Below, piece by piece: positions 48,877 through 59,747 of a stretch of 64,000 bases of DNA (position 1 is its first letter; the number at the start of each line of letters is the position of its first letter). The DNA is taken from positions 86,745 to 150,744 of the forward strand of contig JBGQCF010000002.1 of assembly GCA_041495205.1 (NCBI GenBank). Direction: 5' to 3'. Source of the DNA: Gammaproteobacteria bacterium. Lineage in GTDB: Bacteria; Pseudomonadota; Gammaproteobacteria; Burkholderiales; JAHFRG01. The notes below the pieces were generated by a model. The model had not been told where the DNA came from. It saw only the letters and a list, made by a program, of their open reading frames with translations, and searched no databases. The position numbers and the translations under genes were made by a program.

Positions 48877-49655
48877 GCGCTGCACTTTACCACCACACGC
48901 ATATCATGGAGGTAATCGAGGCGCACGGTTCCGCTGCGCTTTTGAGCGAGCAGCGCCAGGAGCGGAAGTGCGCGCGCCGCAGGATTGCTGGCCCAGGCAT
49001 TCACGTCCGGCAAAATGGGCTGCGGACCGTCTTTCTGCAACGCGATTTCCCATTCCGCGAGGGTGTGCGCATCACGCCGCGGGGCCAGCACGAAAGCCGC
49101 TGCGAAACCGCACTCCACCTTGCGCACAGCGTGCAGCGGCTCGGGAAAAGGCAAATCAAAAGCCACCAGGAGCACCGTCTCATCCTCCACCACGATCTGG
49201 CTCACCGCGTCGAGCAGGCCCGCGGCAAACGAAACATCATAGGCGCACAAACTGTTCGACGGAAGCCTCGAGCCGGTGGCGATGCTCCAATATCCCGCTG
49301 CGGCATTGTGCACCGAATTGTGGAAACGCGTGGGCGAGACGTCGCGCTCGGGCGTGGCGAGCGCTTCGCAAATATGGTGCAAGGTCTGGCCGTCGCCGTC
49401 GCTCGATGCGAACACGGTGGCGACCTTGTCGAGAGGGAGTCTGCTTTGCCGCATCGCCTCCTGCGCCACCGTCACCGCGAGGCGCACGGTCTCGGAGCTG
49501 CGGCGGCGCTCGGTCGCGGGGAGCAAATCCGGCGCAAGCCGCGGCAACGGCTCATTGAGGCACGGAGCTTCGCCGGCCAGGACGGCGCGGCTATTTTCCC
49601 AGCCGCAAAGCCCCGGCCCGATCACACCCACGCCCTGGAGGTAAACGCTCTTCAT
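48873..49655 (-). CDS. Ketosynthase chain-length factor
   Basis: ERRR, VSPTRFHNSVHNAAAGYWSI. Confidence 0.88.
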   Translation of the reverse strand: MKSVYLQGVGVIGPGLCGWENSRAVLAGEAPCLNEPLPRLAPDLLPATERRRSSETVRLAVTVAQEAMRQSRLPLDKVATVFASSDGDGQTLHHICEALATPERDVSPTRFHNSVHNAAAGYWSIATGSRLPSNSLCAYDVSFAAGLLDAVSQIVVEDETVLLVAFDLPFPEPLHAVRKVECGFAAAFVLAPRRDAHTLAEWEIALQKDGPQPILPDVNAWASNPAARALPLLALLAQKRSGTVRLDYLHDMRVVVKCSA

Positions 49656-50839
49656 GCGGCCAGACCCAAAACCAGGCTGCAATTATTGCCTCCGAAACCA
49701 AACGAGTTCGTCAGCACGCGCTCGATCGGGCGCTCCTGGTTCGCGCTGATGATGTGACTTTGCAATTGCGCATCCGGCGTTTCCAGATTGAGCGTTCCCG
49801 GAATGAACTCGTGCTTCAAACACAGCAGGCAGATGATGGTCTCGGTAATGCCGGCTGTCCCGAGGCTGTGACCAGTCCAGCCCTTGGTCGAACTGCACGG
49901 CGCCGCCGCGCCGAACAGGCGGTAGACCGCCTGGTCCTCCATGCTGTCGTTGGCGGGGGTCGCGGTGCCGTGCAGGTTAATGTAATCGATGTCGGAAGGT
50001 TTAAGCCCCGCGCAGGCCAGCGCTTTGCTCATCGAAAGCCACGCTCCTTCGCCCTGCGGGTGCGGGCTCGACATATGGTACGCATCGCTGCTCTCCCCGT
50101 AGCCCAGCAGGGCGCAATCCGATTTCGCCCGATCGGGTTTTTCAAGCAGCGCAAAGCCCGCGGCCTCGCCTATCGAAATACCGTCGCGCGCCGCGTCACA
50201 CGGCTTGCACGGACGCTCCGACAAGAGCTCGAGCGCGGCGAAACCGTGCAGCGTGGTGAGGCACAGGCTGTCCACACCGCCCACCACCGCAGCGTCGCAC
50301 CATCCCGCTTCGATAAAGCGGTGCGCGCTGGCAAAGGCCTTGGCGCTCGAGGAGCAGGCGGTGGAAATCGTGAGCGAGGCGCCTTCAAGTTCGAGGTAGC
50401 GCGCGACGAAGTCCGCCACTGAAAACAGATTGTGCGTGCAGGCATAATTCAGATTTTTTGGGAGCGCACCGTCGCCCGGCTGTCTGCGCTGGTAAGCGAG
50501 CTCGGTTTCGCGTATTCCGGACGTGCTGGTGCCGATCAGTACGGCGATGCGCGCCGCTCCGTATTTGTTGCGCGCCCGTCTGACGGCTTCCTCGAATCCG
50601 TCCTGGCGCAAGCCCAATTGCGCGAGCCGGTTGTTGCGGCAGTCGTAGCGCGCAAGCTCCCCGATGACCGGCTGGTTTTCCAGCCCTTCGACGCGCCCAA
50701 TCCAGGTGTTGATTTCGGCGCGCTCGAAATCGTTGAGACGCAGTCCCGAGCGCGCCTCCGCCAGCGCTTCAAAGGTGGCAGCAGCACCCAGGCCAAGCGG
50801 GTTGGCCGCGGCGAAATGCGTGATAAGTAAGGGCTGCAA
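49652..50839 (-). CDS. Beta-ketoacyl-ACP synthase (aryl polyene type)
   Basis: CRNNRLA, GTSTSG, STACSSSAK, HGTAT, GHSLG, NSFGFGG. Confidence 0.93.
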   Translation of the reverse strand: MQPLLITHFAAANPLGLGAAATFEALAEARSGLRLNDFERAEINTWIGRVEGLENQPVIGELARYDCRNNRLAQLGLRQDGFEEAVRRARNKYGAARIAVLIGTSTSGIRETELAYQRRQPGDGALPKNLNYACTHNLFSVADFVARYLELEGASLTISTACSSSAKAFASAHRFIEAGWCDAAVVGGVDSLCLTTLHGFAALELLSERPCKPCDAARDGISIGEAAGFALLEKPDRAKSDCALLGYGESSDAYHMSSPHPQGEGAWLSMSKALACAGLKPSDIDYINLHGTATPANDSMEDQAVYRLFGAAAPCSSTKGWTGHSLGTAGITETIICLLCLKHEFIPGTLNLETPDAQLQSHIISANQERPIERVLTNSFGFGGNNCSLVLGLAA

Positions 50840-50892
50840 TGGCGGGCTGCTCTTCCGTGAAGGTACAAAAGATTATAGCAAAGCGCGGGGTG

Positions 50893-53217
50893 CTAAGCGC
50901 CTGCGCTCTCGGCGGTATTTACCGCGAGCGCGGCGGAGGCGAACAGCGAAAGCAGCACGCCCAGGCTCACCGTGAGGCCGATCGCGTGCAGCACCGGCGT
51001 TTGCGAAAAAGCGAGCGTGCCGAATGCGCTCAGACTGGTGAGACTGCAGACCAAAAGCGCGAGGTGCGTGCGCCGCCGCTCCAGTTCATCGGTCCATGCA
51101 CGGTTGAAAAACAGCGCATAATTGACCCCGATCCCGAGCACCAGCAAAAGCGACACCAGATGAAACAAACTGAGGCGATCGCCAATCAGCAGGAGCAGGG
51201 CCGCGGTGATGACGAGCGCCGCCAGCACCGGCCTCATAACGCGCCATACGAGCGACATCCGCCTCAAACCCCAGGCCAGCACCAGCGCAATCGCCAGTAT
51301 GCCGAGCGCGGTGAGCTTGAGCGACTGATTGCGGTAGCCATTCACCATGCGGCTCGATTCGTTCTTTAGATCAAGGAGCAGGACATCCGGTTCACTCAAG
51401 GGCGCAAACTCACTCGCGAGCCGCGTTTCGTCCTCCACTCCGCGCAAGGGAATCAGCGCCAGCCATTCGCCACCGCTCGGCACGAGCAACGATTGCACTT
51501 TGAGCGCGAGCGCAGTCCCGCGCAACTCCTCCGCGCCGATGAGCCCACCGTCTCGCGTCCGCTCCACGTCGCGCAAAAAAGGCACGAACAACCCGGCGCG
51601 GAATGGCAATCCGGAAAGTGCCCGGGCGAGATTATTTTCCAGCTCCGCCACATTCGGCAGCGCAGCGCGTCGCGCGACCTGGGTTTTTTTGCTGGGTAGA
51701 TACTGGGCGGCGAGCTCGAAGCCGGCGATGGTTTGGGTGGCCGCGAGGGCGCGTAATTTTTCCGCCACCTGCTCGCTTTTTTCCAGCGCCTGCTCGCGCT
51801 CCTTGCCGATCACGACCACCAGATGGCGCACATCCGGCGCGCCCAGCTCGGCACGTAGCTCTTTGTCGAGCAGCTTCGACGATTCGGATATCGGACTGAG
51901 ATTGCCGAGGTCGTCGTCCCACAGCGTGGCGTGGCGCGCAGCGAGAAGGGCAAGCGCTGCGCACAGCGCCAGCGCGGTTCCCCAAACCAGCGCGCGCGAG
52001 GTGCGCAGCGCATCGAGCCACGCGGCGGGCACCGCCTGGCGCGGCGCGAAATCCGCCGGCGCGAGCGTGGGCAGGACCCAGCGCGTGACCAGGCCCGCGA
52101 CCAGCACACCGGTCATGGACAACAGGCCGAGCTGCGACAATCCGGTGAAGCTCGAGAGCAACATGGTGAGTCCCCCGAACACCGTGGTGAGCACGGCGAG
52201 CCGCAAGGTCGGCCACAGCCGCTTCACGGTGTCGGTCACTTTTTCACCGGGTGCGACATGTGTGAAAAGATAACTCGGGTAATCGACTGCCTCGCCTATC
52301 AGCGTCGCGGCGAACCCCAGCGTGATGCCGTGCACCGCACCGAAGCCGAGCCCAACCAGCGCCACGCCGGCCAGGAGCCCGCTCGCCACGGGCAGCATGC
52401 CGAGCGTCACGACGGTAAACGAGCGGTATACGAAAAACAAAATTGCCAGCACCAGAGCCATGGCCACCAGCGACAGGCGCCACGAATCGCGCTCGATGAT
52501 GGCGCGCGATTCGGCGGCAAACACACCCGGCCCGGTGACAAGCAGGCGCAGGCCGGGCGGCGGCTTGGTTTCTTCATAGGTCTTGCGTAAAGCGGACAGC
52601 GCTTCATTCTGCGCCGTCACATCGAAGCCCGCGGCGCGGGTTTGTGCAACCAGCAATGCTTTCCCGCCGTCGGCGGAAAACCACACGCCATGGCGGGAAT
52701 GAGGCGCGGCATCGAGGAAAGAAGCGGAGAGTATGCGCGGCAATTCGCCGCTCGGGTCGGCGCCCAGGTTGGATTTGATCAGTGTACCGACCGGCGAAGC
52801 GAGAAGCTGCAAATCGGCTTCCAGCGCCTGACGCAGCCGTGCCGCGCTGAAATGCCCTGGAACCACCGCCGGGCTGAGCAGATAACGGTAGCGCAATACG
52901 ATTTCGCGCTCCGTCGAGGAGAATGCGGCGTCGCCGTTGTTCACATAGCTGAAAAATCCGCTCGCGCGCAGCTTGTCGGCAAGCGCGCGGCTGGTCTGCG
53001 CCAGGGCCGGTGTGTCCTGGCCTTCGATCGCTACCAGCACCAGCCGTGCAGCGACCCCGCTGCGCAACTGCTCTACCAGCAACTGCTGGCTGCGCGTCGC
53101 GGCGGGAGGCAGAAACGCGGTAAGATCGGCGGTGACCGGCGTGTTGAACGCGATTGTGGCGCACGCAGCAAGCCCGACAAGCCACAGTGCAAGCACGACA
53201 CGGGCCGAGGCGCTCAC
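50893..53217 (-). CDS. MMPL/RND-family exporter
   Basis: Multi-TM architecture; GEAVDY and GIGVNY repeats. Confidence 0.88.
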   Translation of the reverse strand: MSASARVVLALWLVGLAACATIAFNTPVTADLTAFLPPAATRSQQLLVEQLRSGVAARLVLVAIEGQDTPALAQTSRALADKLRASGFFSYVNNGDAAFSSTEREIVLRYRYLLSPAVVPGHFSAARLRQALEADLQLLASPVGTLIKSNLGADPSGELPRILSASFLDAAPHSRHGVWFSADGGKALLVAQTRAAGFDVTAQNEALSALRKTYEETKPPPGLRLLVTGPGVFAAESRAIIERDSWRLSLVAMALVLAILFFVYRSFTVVTLGMLPVASGLLAGVALVGLGFGAVHGITLGFAATLIGEAVDYPSYLFTHVAPGEKVTDTVKRLWPTLRLAVLTTVFGGLTMLLSSFTGLSQLGLLSMTGVLVAGLVTRWVLPTLAPADFAPRQAVPAAWLDALRTSRALVWGTALALCAALALLAARHATLWDDDLGNLSPISESSKLLDKELRAELGAPDVRHLVVVIGKEREQALEKSEQVAEKLRALAATQTIAGFELAAQYLPSKKTQVARRAALPNVAELENNLARALSGLPFRAGLFVPFLRDVERTRDGGLIGAEELRGTALALKVQSLLVPSGGEWLALIPLRGVEDETRLASEFAPLSEPDVLLLDLKNESSRMVNGYRNQSLKLTALGILAIALVLAWGLRRMSLVWRVMRPVLAALVITAALLLLIGDRLSLFHLVSLLLVLGIGVNYALFFNRAWTDELERRRTHLALLVCSLTSLSAFGTLAFSQTPVLHAIGLTVSLGVLLSLFASAALAVNTAESAGA

Positions 53218-53786
53218 TGGTTTTCCGTTATGCTCATAACGGAGCGGTCGCCCCCTGCTTCCACAATCTCGACGCGCCGCACGTGCTGCTCCTCGCCTTC
53301 GATGGCGATGCGCTCGACATAACCCGCCATGCCGGCCTCCAGCGGCTCGAGCACGAGCAGCCAGTTCTCCCGGCCACCCGTGAAGCGCGTGCGGTAGAAA
53401 CGCTGCAAGGCGGGCAAATCGCCGGCAAGCGTGGCGCGCATGCTCTCGACGAAAGCCCAGATTACAGGGTGGTTTTGCAGCGTGAGCGAGTGCCTCTCGT
53501 TTTTTTTCTCAACCAGAAGCGTGTCGCCGTCCACCGCAACGCGTTCTGCATAGGGCTCGAGCACCCGTTTTTCCAGATGCCTGGGGCGGATGTAGGAAAG
53601 CGTTCCCGAAAGTTCGAGCGGCATGGTCAGCACGGCCAGGTATTTTTTTTCGTTGAAACTCGCTTGCGACGACTCGACCTGCGCCATACGCGCCATGAGT
53701 TGCGGCAAATCCCACAACACCGGTTCGTCCGCCCGTGCAGCGAGCGCGAAGAACAGTGCGACGGCCAATCCCATCCACCACTTCAT
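53214..53786 (-). CDS. LolA-like periplasmic carrier
   Basis: Signal peptide; F.EKK.L..L..PL..SG.L.Y..P..LEK. Confidence 0.82.
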   Translation of the reverse strand: MKWWMGLAVALFFALAARADEPVLWDLPQLMARMAQVESSQASFNEKKYLAVLTMPLELSGTLSYIRPRHLEKRVLEPYAERVAVDGDTLLVEKKNERHSLTLQNHPVIWAFVESMRATLAGDLPALQRFYRTRFTGGRENWLLVLEPLEAGMAGYVERIAIEGEEQHVRRVEIVEAGGDRSVMSITENQ

Positions 53787-54682
53787 TGCCCGGCCCCACC
53801 CCAAAAGTCGTAGAAGTTGAACCAATTGTAAGGCGCAAGCCGGCAGTAATGTTCGAGCCGCGAGACGTAACGCTCGACCCATTCACGCATGTGCTCCGTC
53901 TGCCGTGGGGAATCTGCGATGATGTGCTCGGCGAAAGGCTCGAAATGAATTTCATAGCGATTGCCGCCGCGGTACAGCGCGAAGAACAGCACCACCGGCG
54001 CCTGTAGCAGCGCCGCAAGGATGAAAGGCCCGGCGGGAAACGGAGCGTCCGCACCTAGAAAGCTGCACACCACGGCCTTGTCGGAATGAAACATGCGATC
54101 GCCCAGTATCCCCACGATTTCCCCGCGCGCCAGACATTCCTTCACCTTGAGCAGGGTGTGCGGCCGGCCCAGGGGGATGACGCGCTCCGCGATTTCCGGA
54201 TACGGGCGGTTGAGCGCGCGGTTGATTTTGTTCGCGTGCTCTTCGTTCATCAGCACGTTGATCGGAAACTTTTTCTCGATCCTCCCTTGCGCAAGCAGCA
54301 TTTCATAGCTGCCGAGATGCGAGCCGAGCAATAGGCAGCCCGCGCCGCGGTTCAGTGCCGAGTCGAGCGCGTCCGCGCCGTGCATGCTCACTTCGAAGTA
54401 GCTGTGCCTCCCGGACAAGAGGTAAATGCGGTCATGAATCGTTGAGGAAAAAGTGTGGTAATGGCGGAAAATGTTACGCAGCCCCGCTTTACGCTGCAGT
54501 ACGCGGGCAAGATAGGCGCGCGAGGCGCGCCGCGCATGTACCGAAAAAACGATGAAATACCAGCAAATCGGATAAAGAAAGACACGTCCCGCACCACGCC
54601 CGAGCTTAAGCGTCAGCCATATCAGCCATTGCATGGCGCGCAGGCTACCGCGCTCGCGCTGCGCAAGCCACGTTTCGCTCAC
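53783..54682 (-). CDS. LpxL-like acyltransferase
   Basis: W....ERGS, SHLGSYE, LGDR, PYNWFNFYDFW. Confidence 0.88.
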   Translation of the reverse strand: MSETWLAQRERGSLRAMQWLIWLTLKLGRGAGRVFLYPICWYFIVFSVHARRASRAYLARVLQRKAGLRNIFRHYHTFSSTIHDRIYLLSGRHSYFEVSMHGADALDSALNRGAGCLLLGSHLGSYEMLLAQGRIEKKFPINVLMNEEHANKINRALNRPYPEIAERVIPLGRPHTLLKVKECLARGEIVGILGDRMFHSDKAVVCSFLGADAPFPAGPFILAALLQAPVVLFFALYRGGNRYEIHFEPFAEHIIADSPRQTEHMREWVERYVSRLEHYCRLAPYNWFNFYDFWGGAGQ

Positions 54683-54993
54683 GCCTGTTCCCCCGCGATT
54701 TCATGGCGCAGGCTGCCGCTGGCAATCAAGGTCGCGCCGCGCAGCAATCTGAAATTAAGGGTACCCGTTCCGGCGCTTTCGAGCCTGATGAGGAATTTTT
54801 CGCCCGGACGTAGAACAGCGTGGAACTTGGCCACCGGCACCGCGGTGATGCGCAGGTTTTGCCCGCGCGCCTTTTCCGCGGCGCTGAGCACCCGGCTCAG
54901 CAAAAGCGACGCCGGCACCACGGGATTTCCCGGAAAATGACCCGCCAGCGCCGGATGCTCCGAAGCAACCTCATCCTCGTATTCAAAACGCAT
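54679..54993 (-). CDS. FabA/Z-like dehydratase (ApeI-like)
   Basis: HPALAGHFPGNPVVP, AKF...RPG. Confidence 0.82.
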   Translation of the reverse strand: MRFEYEDEVASEHPALAGHFPGNPVVPASLLLSRVLSAAEKARGQNLRITAVPVAKFHAVLRPGEKFLIRLESAGTGTLNFRLLRGATLIASGSLRHEIAGEQA

Positions 54994-56335
54994 CGGTATC
55001 ACTCCCGGTGTGGTCACGTGCAAGCTCTGAGGCCAAGCACCGCAGATTTTCCAGCGGCAGTTTCCCCGCCGCGTTGCGCGGCAGGGCTTTGACCAAATAC
55101 AGCGGCCGCGGCAAAAACGCGGGGTCGATGTGCTTGCGCAGCTCTGCCAAAATCGCCTCGGGTGAAAGCGCGGGCGCCACCACAAAAGCGGTGAGCCGCG
55201 CAGCCGCTGTGTCCATCGCTTCGGGCAGGTAGAAAACGCCGTCCATTATGCCGCTGATCTGTCCCAACTCCGCGTTCAAAGCTGCAAGCGAAGCGCGCTT
55301 GCCGGCGATTTTCACGACATCGCTCATGCGGCCGTGCAGCTCGAACTCCTGCGCGCTGTGCACGCTGATTTGGTCGGCCAGCTGCGTCGGTTGCGGGACG
55401 TGGCCGCCTTCGACCCAGGCCTCGTCCCCTTTTTTGCTCACGCGCACGCCTTCGAGCGTACGCCAGGTCGCGCTGCGCGAAACGCGGCGTAGCGCGATGA
55501 TGCCCGCTTCGGTGCAGCCGTAAACGTCGTGCACGGTGGTGGCATACAAGCTTTCCACTGCGCGCGCGAGCTGCGCCGACAAAGGCATAGTGGCGGAAAG
55601 CACGCCGCGAAGCACGGGCAGCTTGAGCCCGCTTTCGACGCAGGCGCGCAAATGCAAAGGAGTGGTCATCAGCCAGCGCGGAGGAGGAATTTGCGCCAGC
55701 GCCGCTTCGATGTCGGCTGGTAGCAGGGGGCGCGCAGAGTGGGTTGCGCTTCCCCATTGCAGCGGCAACAGGACGGTGGTTTCCAGACCGTACGAATGCT
55801 GCGGCGGCACGGTTCCCAATACGCTCGCGCCCGGGCTGAAATCGAGCTGCCGGCCCAGGCTTTGCGCCACGCCCACCAGCGACGCCCAGTTTTTGGGGTG
55901 CGCAGCGGGCGCGCCCGTGCTGCCCGAGGTAAAAACGATGACCGCGGTTTGCTCCGCGGGAATCAGCGGCGGCGGTAACGCTGCGGCCGCGCCGTGTGTT
56001 TCCGGAAAGAAAAAAACGGGAAGTCCCTCGGGAAGGTCGTGATGATCGGCCAGGCAATACGCGTCGGGATACTCGCTGCACAACCGGCGCAACACCTCGG
56101 GCGCGCGGTTGGGCGGCAGCAGGCTCACTTGCCCGGTCTGCAACGCTGCGGCGAATCCCAGCAGGAAATGATAGCGGTCTTCGCACAGATTGAGCACGTG
56201 GCGCTGATGCGGTAGGCGCACCGCGAGCGCCTGTGCTGCGCCGAGAAAGCGCGCCGCGCTTATGCGTTTGCCGCGGTGGAACGCGACCACGCTATCCGGA
56301 CACCATCGTTCCAGCAGTGGATATGCCTGCGTCAT
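54983..56335 (-). CDS. Aryl-acid AMP ligase (XanA2-like)
   Basis: NLCEDRY, FTSGSTGAP, YGCTEAG, KIAGKRASL, LPRNAAGKL. Confidence 0.88.
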   Translation of the reverse strand: MTQAYPLLERWCPDSVVAFHRGKRISAARFLGAAQALAVRLPHQRHVLNLCEDRYHFLLGFAAALQTGQVSLLPPNRAPEVLRRLCSEYPDAYCLADHHDLPEGLPVFFFPETHGAAAALPPPLIPAEQTAVIVFTSGSTGAPAAHPKNWASLVGVAQSLGRQLDFSPGASVLGTVPPQHSYGLETTVLLPLQWGSATHSARPLLPADIEAALAQIPPPRWLMTTPLHLRACVESGLKLPVLRGVLSATMPLSAQLARAVESLYATTVHDVYGCTEAGIIALRRVSRSATWRTLEGVRVSKKGDEAWVEGGHVPQPTQLADQISVHSAQEFELHGRMSDVVKIAGKRASLAALNAELGQISGIMDGVFYLPEAMDTAAARLTAFVVAPALSPEAILAELRKHIDPAFLPRPLYLVKALPRNAAGKLPLENLRCLASELARDHTGSDTDAF

Positions 56336-56338
56336 GGT

Positions 56339-56992
56339 TCAATTCCGGGGCTTCTGCTCTTGTGCGTCCGCGAAAATGCGGCCAATGACCTGTAGCGGCG
56401 AAGCATGAGGGTAGTGCCGGTAGCGCAAGCGCCGGTAGGCGAATTCACCAAAAAACAGCAATCCGACGAGAACATAAATCAGCAGATTGGTGAAGAGCGA
56501 CCACAAGGCCAAAGGAGCGAAAACGGCAAGGTAGAGACATGCGAGCGCCATCAGCGCGAAAAACACCGCCCACATCCAGGTGAGCCGTCTGGTGTAGACG
56601 GCAAGCTCCAGGGGCAATTCGCCGCGCTCAAGCCGCGCGATGCGACTGATGAACGGCTCGGCACCCGTGCGCAGCGTGCGGCCGAAAAGGAAGCACAACA
56701 GCAGGTTGATAAGGACCGGCAGCGTGTAAAGTAACCATTCGGGCCGCAAGATATAAAGCAACACCAGCAGCGGCAAGCTTGCCAACGGCGGCCATTTCGC
56801 CTTACCGGGAAGGCAGATGGCGATAAATGCGACAAGTAAAATCTGCAACACGGCGGCGAGGTCCAAGCGGCCCTGCATTACCACATAGTGCGCAAGCAAA
56901 GGATACACGCACAGTACGCCTGCCCACAGCAGCACACGCACCGGTTGGTTAAGAGGCGCGTAAGACTGGCTATCAGGTGCGGTTTTGCTCAA
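56339..56992 (-). CDS. Aryl polyene cluster membrane protein
   Basis: FGRTL, YTRRLT..W..FF, WSLFTN, GEF.YR. Confidence 0.8.
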   Translation of the reverse strand: MSKTAPDSQSYAPLNQPVRVLLWAGVLCVYPLLAHYVVMQGRLDLAAVLQILLVAFIAICLPGKAKWPPLASLPLLVLLYILRPEWLLYTLPVLINLLLCFLFGRTLRTGAEPFISRIARLERGELPLELAVYTRRLTWMWAVFFALMALACLYLAVFAPLALWSLFTNLLIYVLVGLLFFGEFAYRRLRYRHYPHASPLQVIGRIFADAQEQKPRN

Positions 56993-57239
56993 TGTGGGCG
57001 GTCAGCGCGCGCAGCGAGGAAAAAATGCGCTTGTTGTCGGCGTCGTCGGAGCGCAACTGGAAACCGTACTTTTTGGAGACTGTGAGGGCGATTTCCAGCA
57101 TATCTATGGAATCGAGCCCCAAACCCCGCCCGCCGAAAAGCGGCGCATCCGGATCTATCTGGTCCGGGCCGATTTCCAGATTCAGCGCCTCCACGATAAG
57201 CTGCGCCACTTCCTTCTCCAAGTCCTGTATTTTTTCCAT
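56973..57239 (-). CDS. Acyl carrier protein (XanC-like)
   Basis: GLGLDSIDMLE phosphopantetheine site. Confidence 0.93.
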   Translation of the reverse strand: MEKIQDLEKEVAQLIVEALNLEIGPDQIDPDAPLFGGRGLGLDSIDMLEIALTVSKKYGFQLRSDDADNKRIFSSLRALTAHIEQNRT

Positions 57240-57581
57240 TCTCCCCGGTTCCCGCACCCGCCCATTGCTGCGGCGGATTGCCCTTAAAATGCGACTTAAT
57301 CATCTTAACTGCGGGTGCGCACTAATTATATATAACAGTCTAAATTTTCCGCTTCTACCGCTATTTTGGAAACCGCGAACAGCCAAGCGTAAAACGGCCT
57401 AAAACACGTAGGGTATGGGCAAAACATACTGCCGGCTGGACCCCGGTATTCAAGCAAGATAAGCGCTCCTGCCCAGCAATGGCAGCGCTCTGACTGACGG
57501 GCAAGCAAGGGCAAAAACCGCCGATGCGCACCTAAGTAAACAACCCGCTCCCTGAGCAACCAGCCAAGGGTGAGGCGGGAA

Positions 57582-57971
57582 TTAAAATGTGCTTAACTGC
57601 GCGCGGATATCTCTGTCAAGATTCTGTATCCAGCCGTTATAGTTTTTATGGATCCTCTGGCCGTTATACTCCAAGTTTACGCTGTCCTTGTAGGTAATGT
57701 TGTAGGTCTGCGTGTCATAAGTAACATCCACCACAGCAGTGTGGCCACGCACGCTAAGCGTGCCCACGATATTGCCTGGCTTCACTGTTTTCATTTGCCA
57801 GCCTAATGTCACACCCGCGCGGGTGATAGCCTTGCCCACTTCATCCAAGGACGCTTTTTGACCACTACCCGTTTGCACCGGTGCATTGGAGACATTTAAT
57901 ACCGGTGCTACGCATGCCGCCACTAACAGGATACTTGCGGCAATAATCAGTCCTAATTTGATGTTTTTCAT
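57582..57971 (-). CDS. Lipoprotein
   Basis: LVAAC lipobox; GWQM...PG, Y.DS.NL.Y...IH.NYNGWI.NL. Confidence 0.82.
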   Translation of the reverse strand: MKNIKLGLIIAASILLVAACVAPVLNVSNAPVQTGSGQKASLDEVGKAITRAGVTLGWQMKTVKPGNIVGTLSVRGHTAVVDVTYDTQTYNITYKDSVNLEYNGQRIHKNYNGWIQNLDRDIRAQLSTF

Positions 57972-58426
57972 GATTTTCCTCTTTAGCTTGTTAACCCAAG
58001 CACGGGACAAAAGTTTTATGTGCGGCTTTCTCATAAATTGCAGAGCGCATCCGCCACGCTTAATGAATTATATGGCGAACCGGTGCGGTGTCAACGATGA
58101 CGGTACTCTGCTTGTGTCAGCCACAAATTAGCAAGCAGTTTACGCGTGATACTTCACCGAACGCGTGGGATTGAAATCATCGCGAGCGCTCGGCCTGTCG
58201 TCAAAGGCCAGCAAAAAACAGATTTTTGCTGCGAGCGGTGGCGGGCCCGGGCCAGGCTTTGGTATCCCGCGAGGCAGTCAGCCAAAAACCAGGGCATAAG
58301 GCGCCGCAACATAATCGCCTGGAGCATAAAGATTCTGCGTCATCATGTTCGGGTATAATTAAGGTATCTACCCTGCTCTTGAAAAAGTTTCCTCCGAAAC
58401 GGCCGTTGCACGGTTTGAGCTCGCAC

Positions 58427-59740
58427 ATGCCGGTTGACACCGCAACAGCCGGGCCGCGCCGCGACTGCGATGTACTGGTCATCGGCGGCGGACCGGCCGG
58501 ATCCACCGCAGCCTCGCTGCTCGCGCAGCAGGGCTGGCGCGTGGTATTGTTGGAAAAGGACCGCCACCCGCGCTTTCACATCGGCGAATCGCTGCTGCCC
58601 TGCAATCTTCCGCTGTTCGAGCGGCTCGGCGTCAAGGACGAGATCGAGCGCATTGCGGTCATCAAGTACGGCGCGCAGTTCGTATCTAACGAGCACCGTA
58701 AGAGCGAAACCTTTTATTTCACCGAAGCCGTGGACAAGTCCCTGCCCTATTCGTACGAGGTGCGCCGCTCGGAATTCGACCATATCCTGCTTAAGAATTG
58801 CGCCGCCAGAGGCGCCGAAGTGCTCGAAGAAACCAAGGTGAGCCATGTCGAATTTGGCGCAGGGCGCAATCCCGTGGTCAGCGCGGTCGACGCGCGCGGT
58901 GAAACCCGTATCTGGGAATCGCTTTTTGTCATTGACGCTTCAGGACGGGATACGTTCCTTGCAGGTTTGCTCGGCATCAAGGAGCGCAATCCGCGCCACA
59001 ACAGCGCCGCTCTCTACGCCCATTTTTCAGGCGCGGAACGCCTGCCGGGCCGGGACGCGGGCAACATCAGCGTGTTCTGGTTCGAGCACGGCTGGTTCTG
59101 GATGATTCCGCTCAAGGACGGCGCGATGAGCGTCGGTGCCGTCTGCTGGCCGTACTACCTCAAGTCGCGCAACACCGATGTGCAGGCCTTTTTCATGGAC
59201 ACCATCGCGCTGTGCCCGGGCGTGCAGGCGCGCCTGCGGAACGCCAAGATGATTTTGCCGGTCACCGCCACCGGCAATTATTCGTACCGGGCGAAACGCA
59301 CGGCCGGGGAAAAATTCATCATGGTGGGCGATGCGTTCGCATTTATCGATCCGATGTTCTCCTCCGGAGTGATGCTCGCGATGAACAGCGCTTTCCTCGG
59401 CGCCGAGGTTGTGCATGACTGCCTCACGAACAGTTGTCTCTCGCGTCGGCGGCTGCGCCAGTACGACCGTACCGTGCGCCACGGGCTGAAAATGTTTTCC
59501 TGGTTCATTTACCGCGTGACGCGTCCCGCGATGCGCTATATGTTCATGAACCCGTCAAATTTTTTCCGAGCCAAGGAAGGCCTGATTTCGCTGCTCGCCG
59601 GCGACGTGTTCGGTCGCACGCCGATTTTCTGGAAAATTTTCATGTTCAAGTTCATTTATTACGCGACCAGCCTTAAGATGTGGAAGGAAAGCCTGGCTGC
59701 GTACAAAGCGCACAAGCAACGTATTAAACCCGCAACCTGA
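58427..59740 (+). CDS. Flavin-dependent halogenase (XanB1-like)
   Basis: GGGPAG, HIGESLLP, IKYGA Lys, WFWMIP, GDAFAFIDPMFSSG. Confidence 0.85.
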   Translation: MPVDTATAGPRRDCDVLVIGGGPAGSTAASLLAQQGWRVVLLEKDRHPRFHIGESLLPCNLPLFERLGVKDEIERIAVIKYGAQFVSNEHRKSETFYFTEAVDKSLPYSYEVRRSEFDHILLKNCAARGAEVLEETKVSHVEFGAGRNPVVSAVDARGETRIWESLFVIDASGRDTFLAGLLGIKERNPRHNSAALYAHFSGAERLPGRDAGNISVFWFEHGWFWMIPLKDGAMSVGAVCWPYYLKSRNTDVQAFFMDTIALCPGVQARLRNAKMILPVTATGNYSYRAKRTAGEKFIMVGDAFAFIDPMFSSGVMLAMNSAFLGAEVVHDCLTNSCLSRRRLRQYDRTVRHGLKMFSWFIYRVTRPAMRYMFMNPSNFFRAKEGLISLLAGDVFGRTPIFWKIFMFKFIYYATSLKMWKESLAAYKAHKQRIKPAT

Positions 59741-59747
59741 ACATCGC

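Noticed and set aside
57326-57559. ORF or ncRNA between the ACP and lipoprotein genes
   Set aside because: No motif, clear promoter-terminator pair or strong fold recognised
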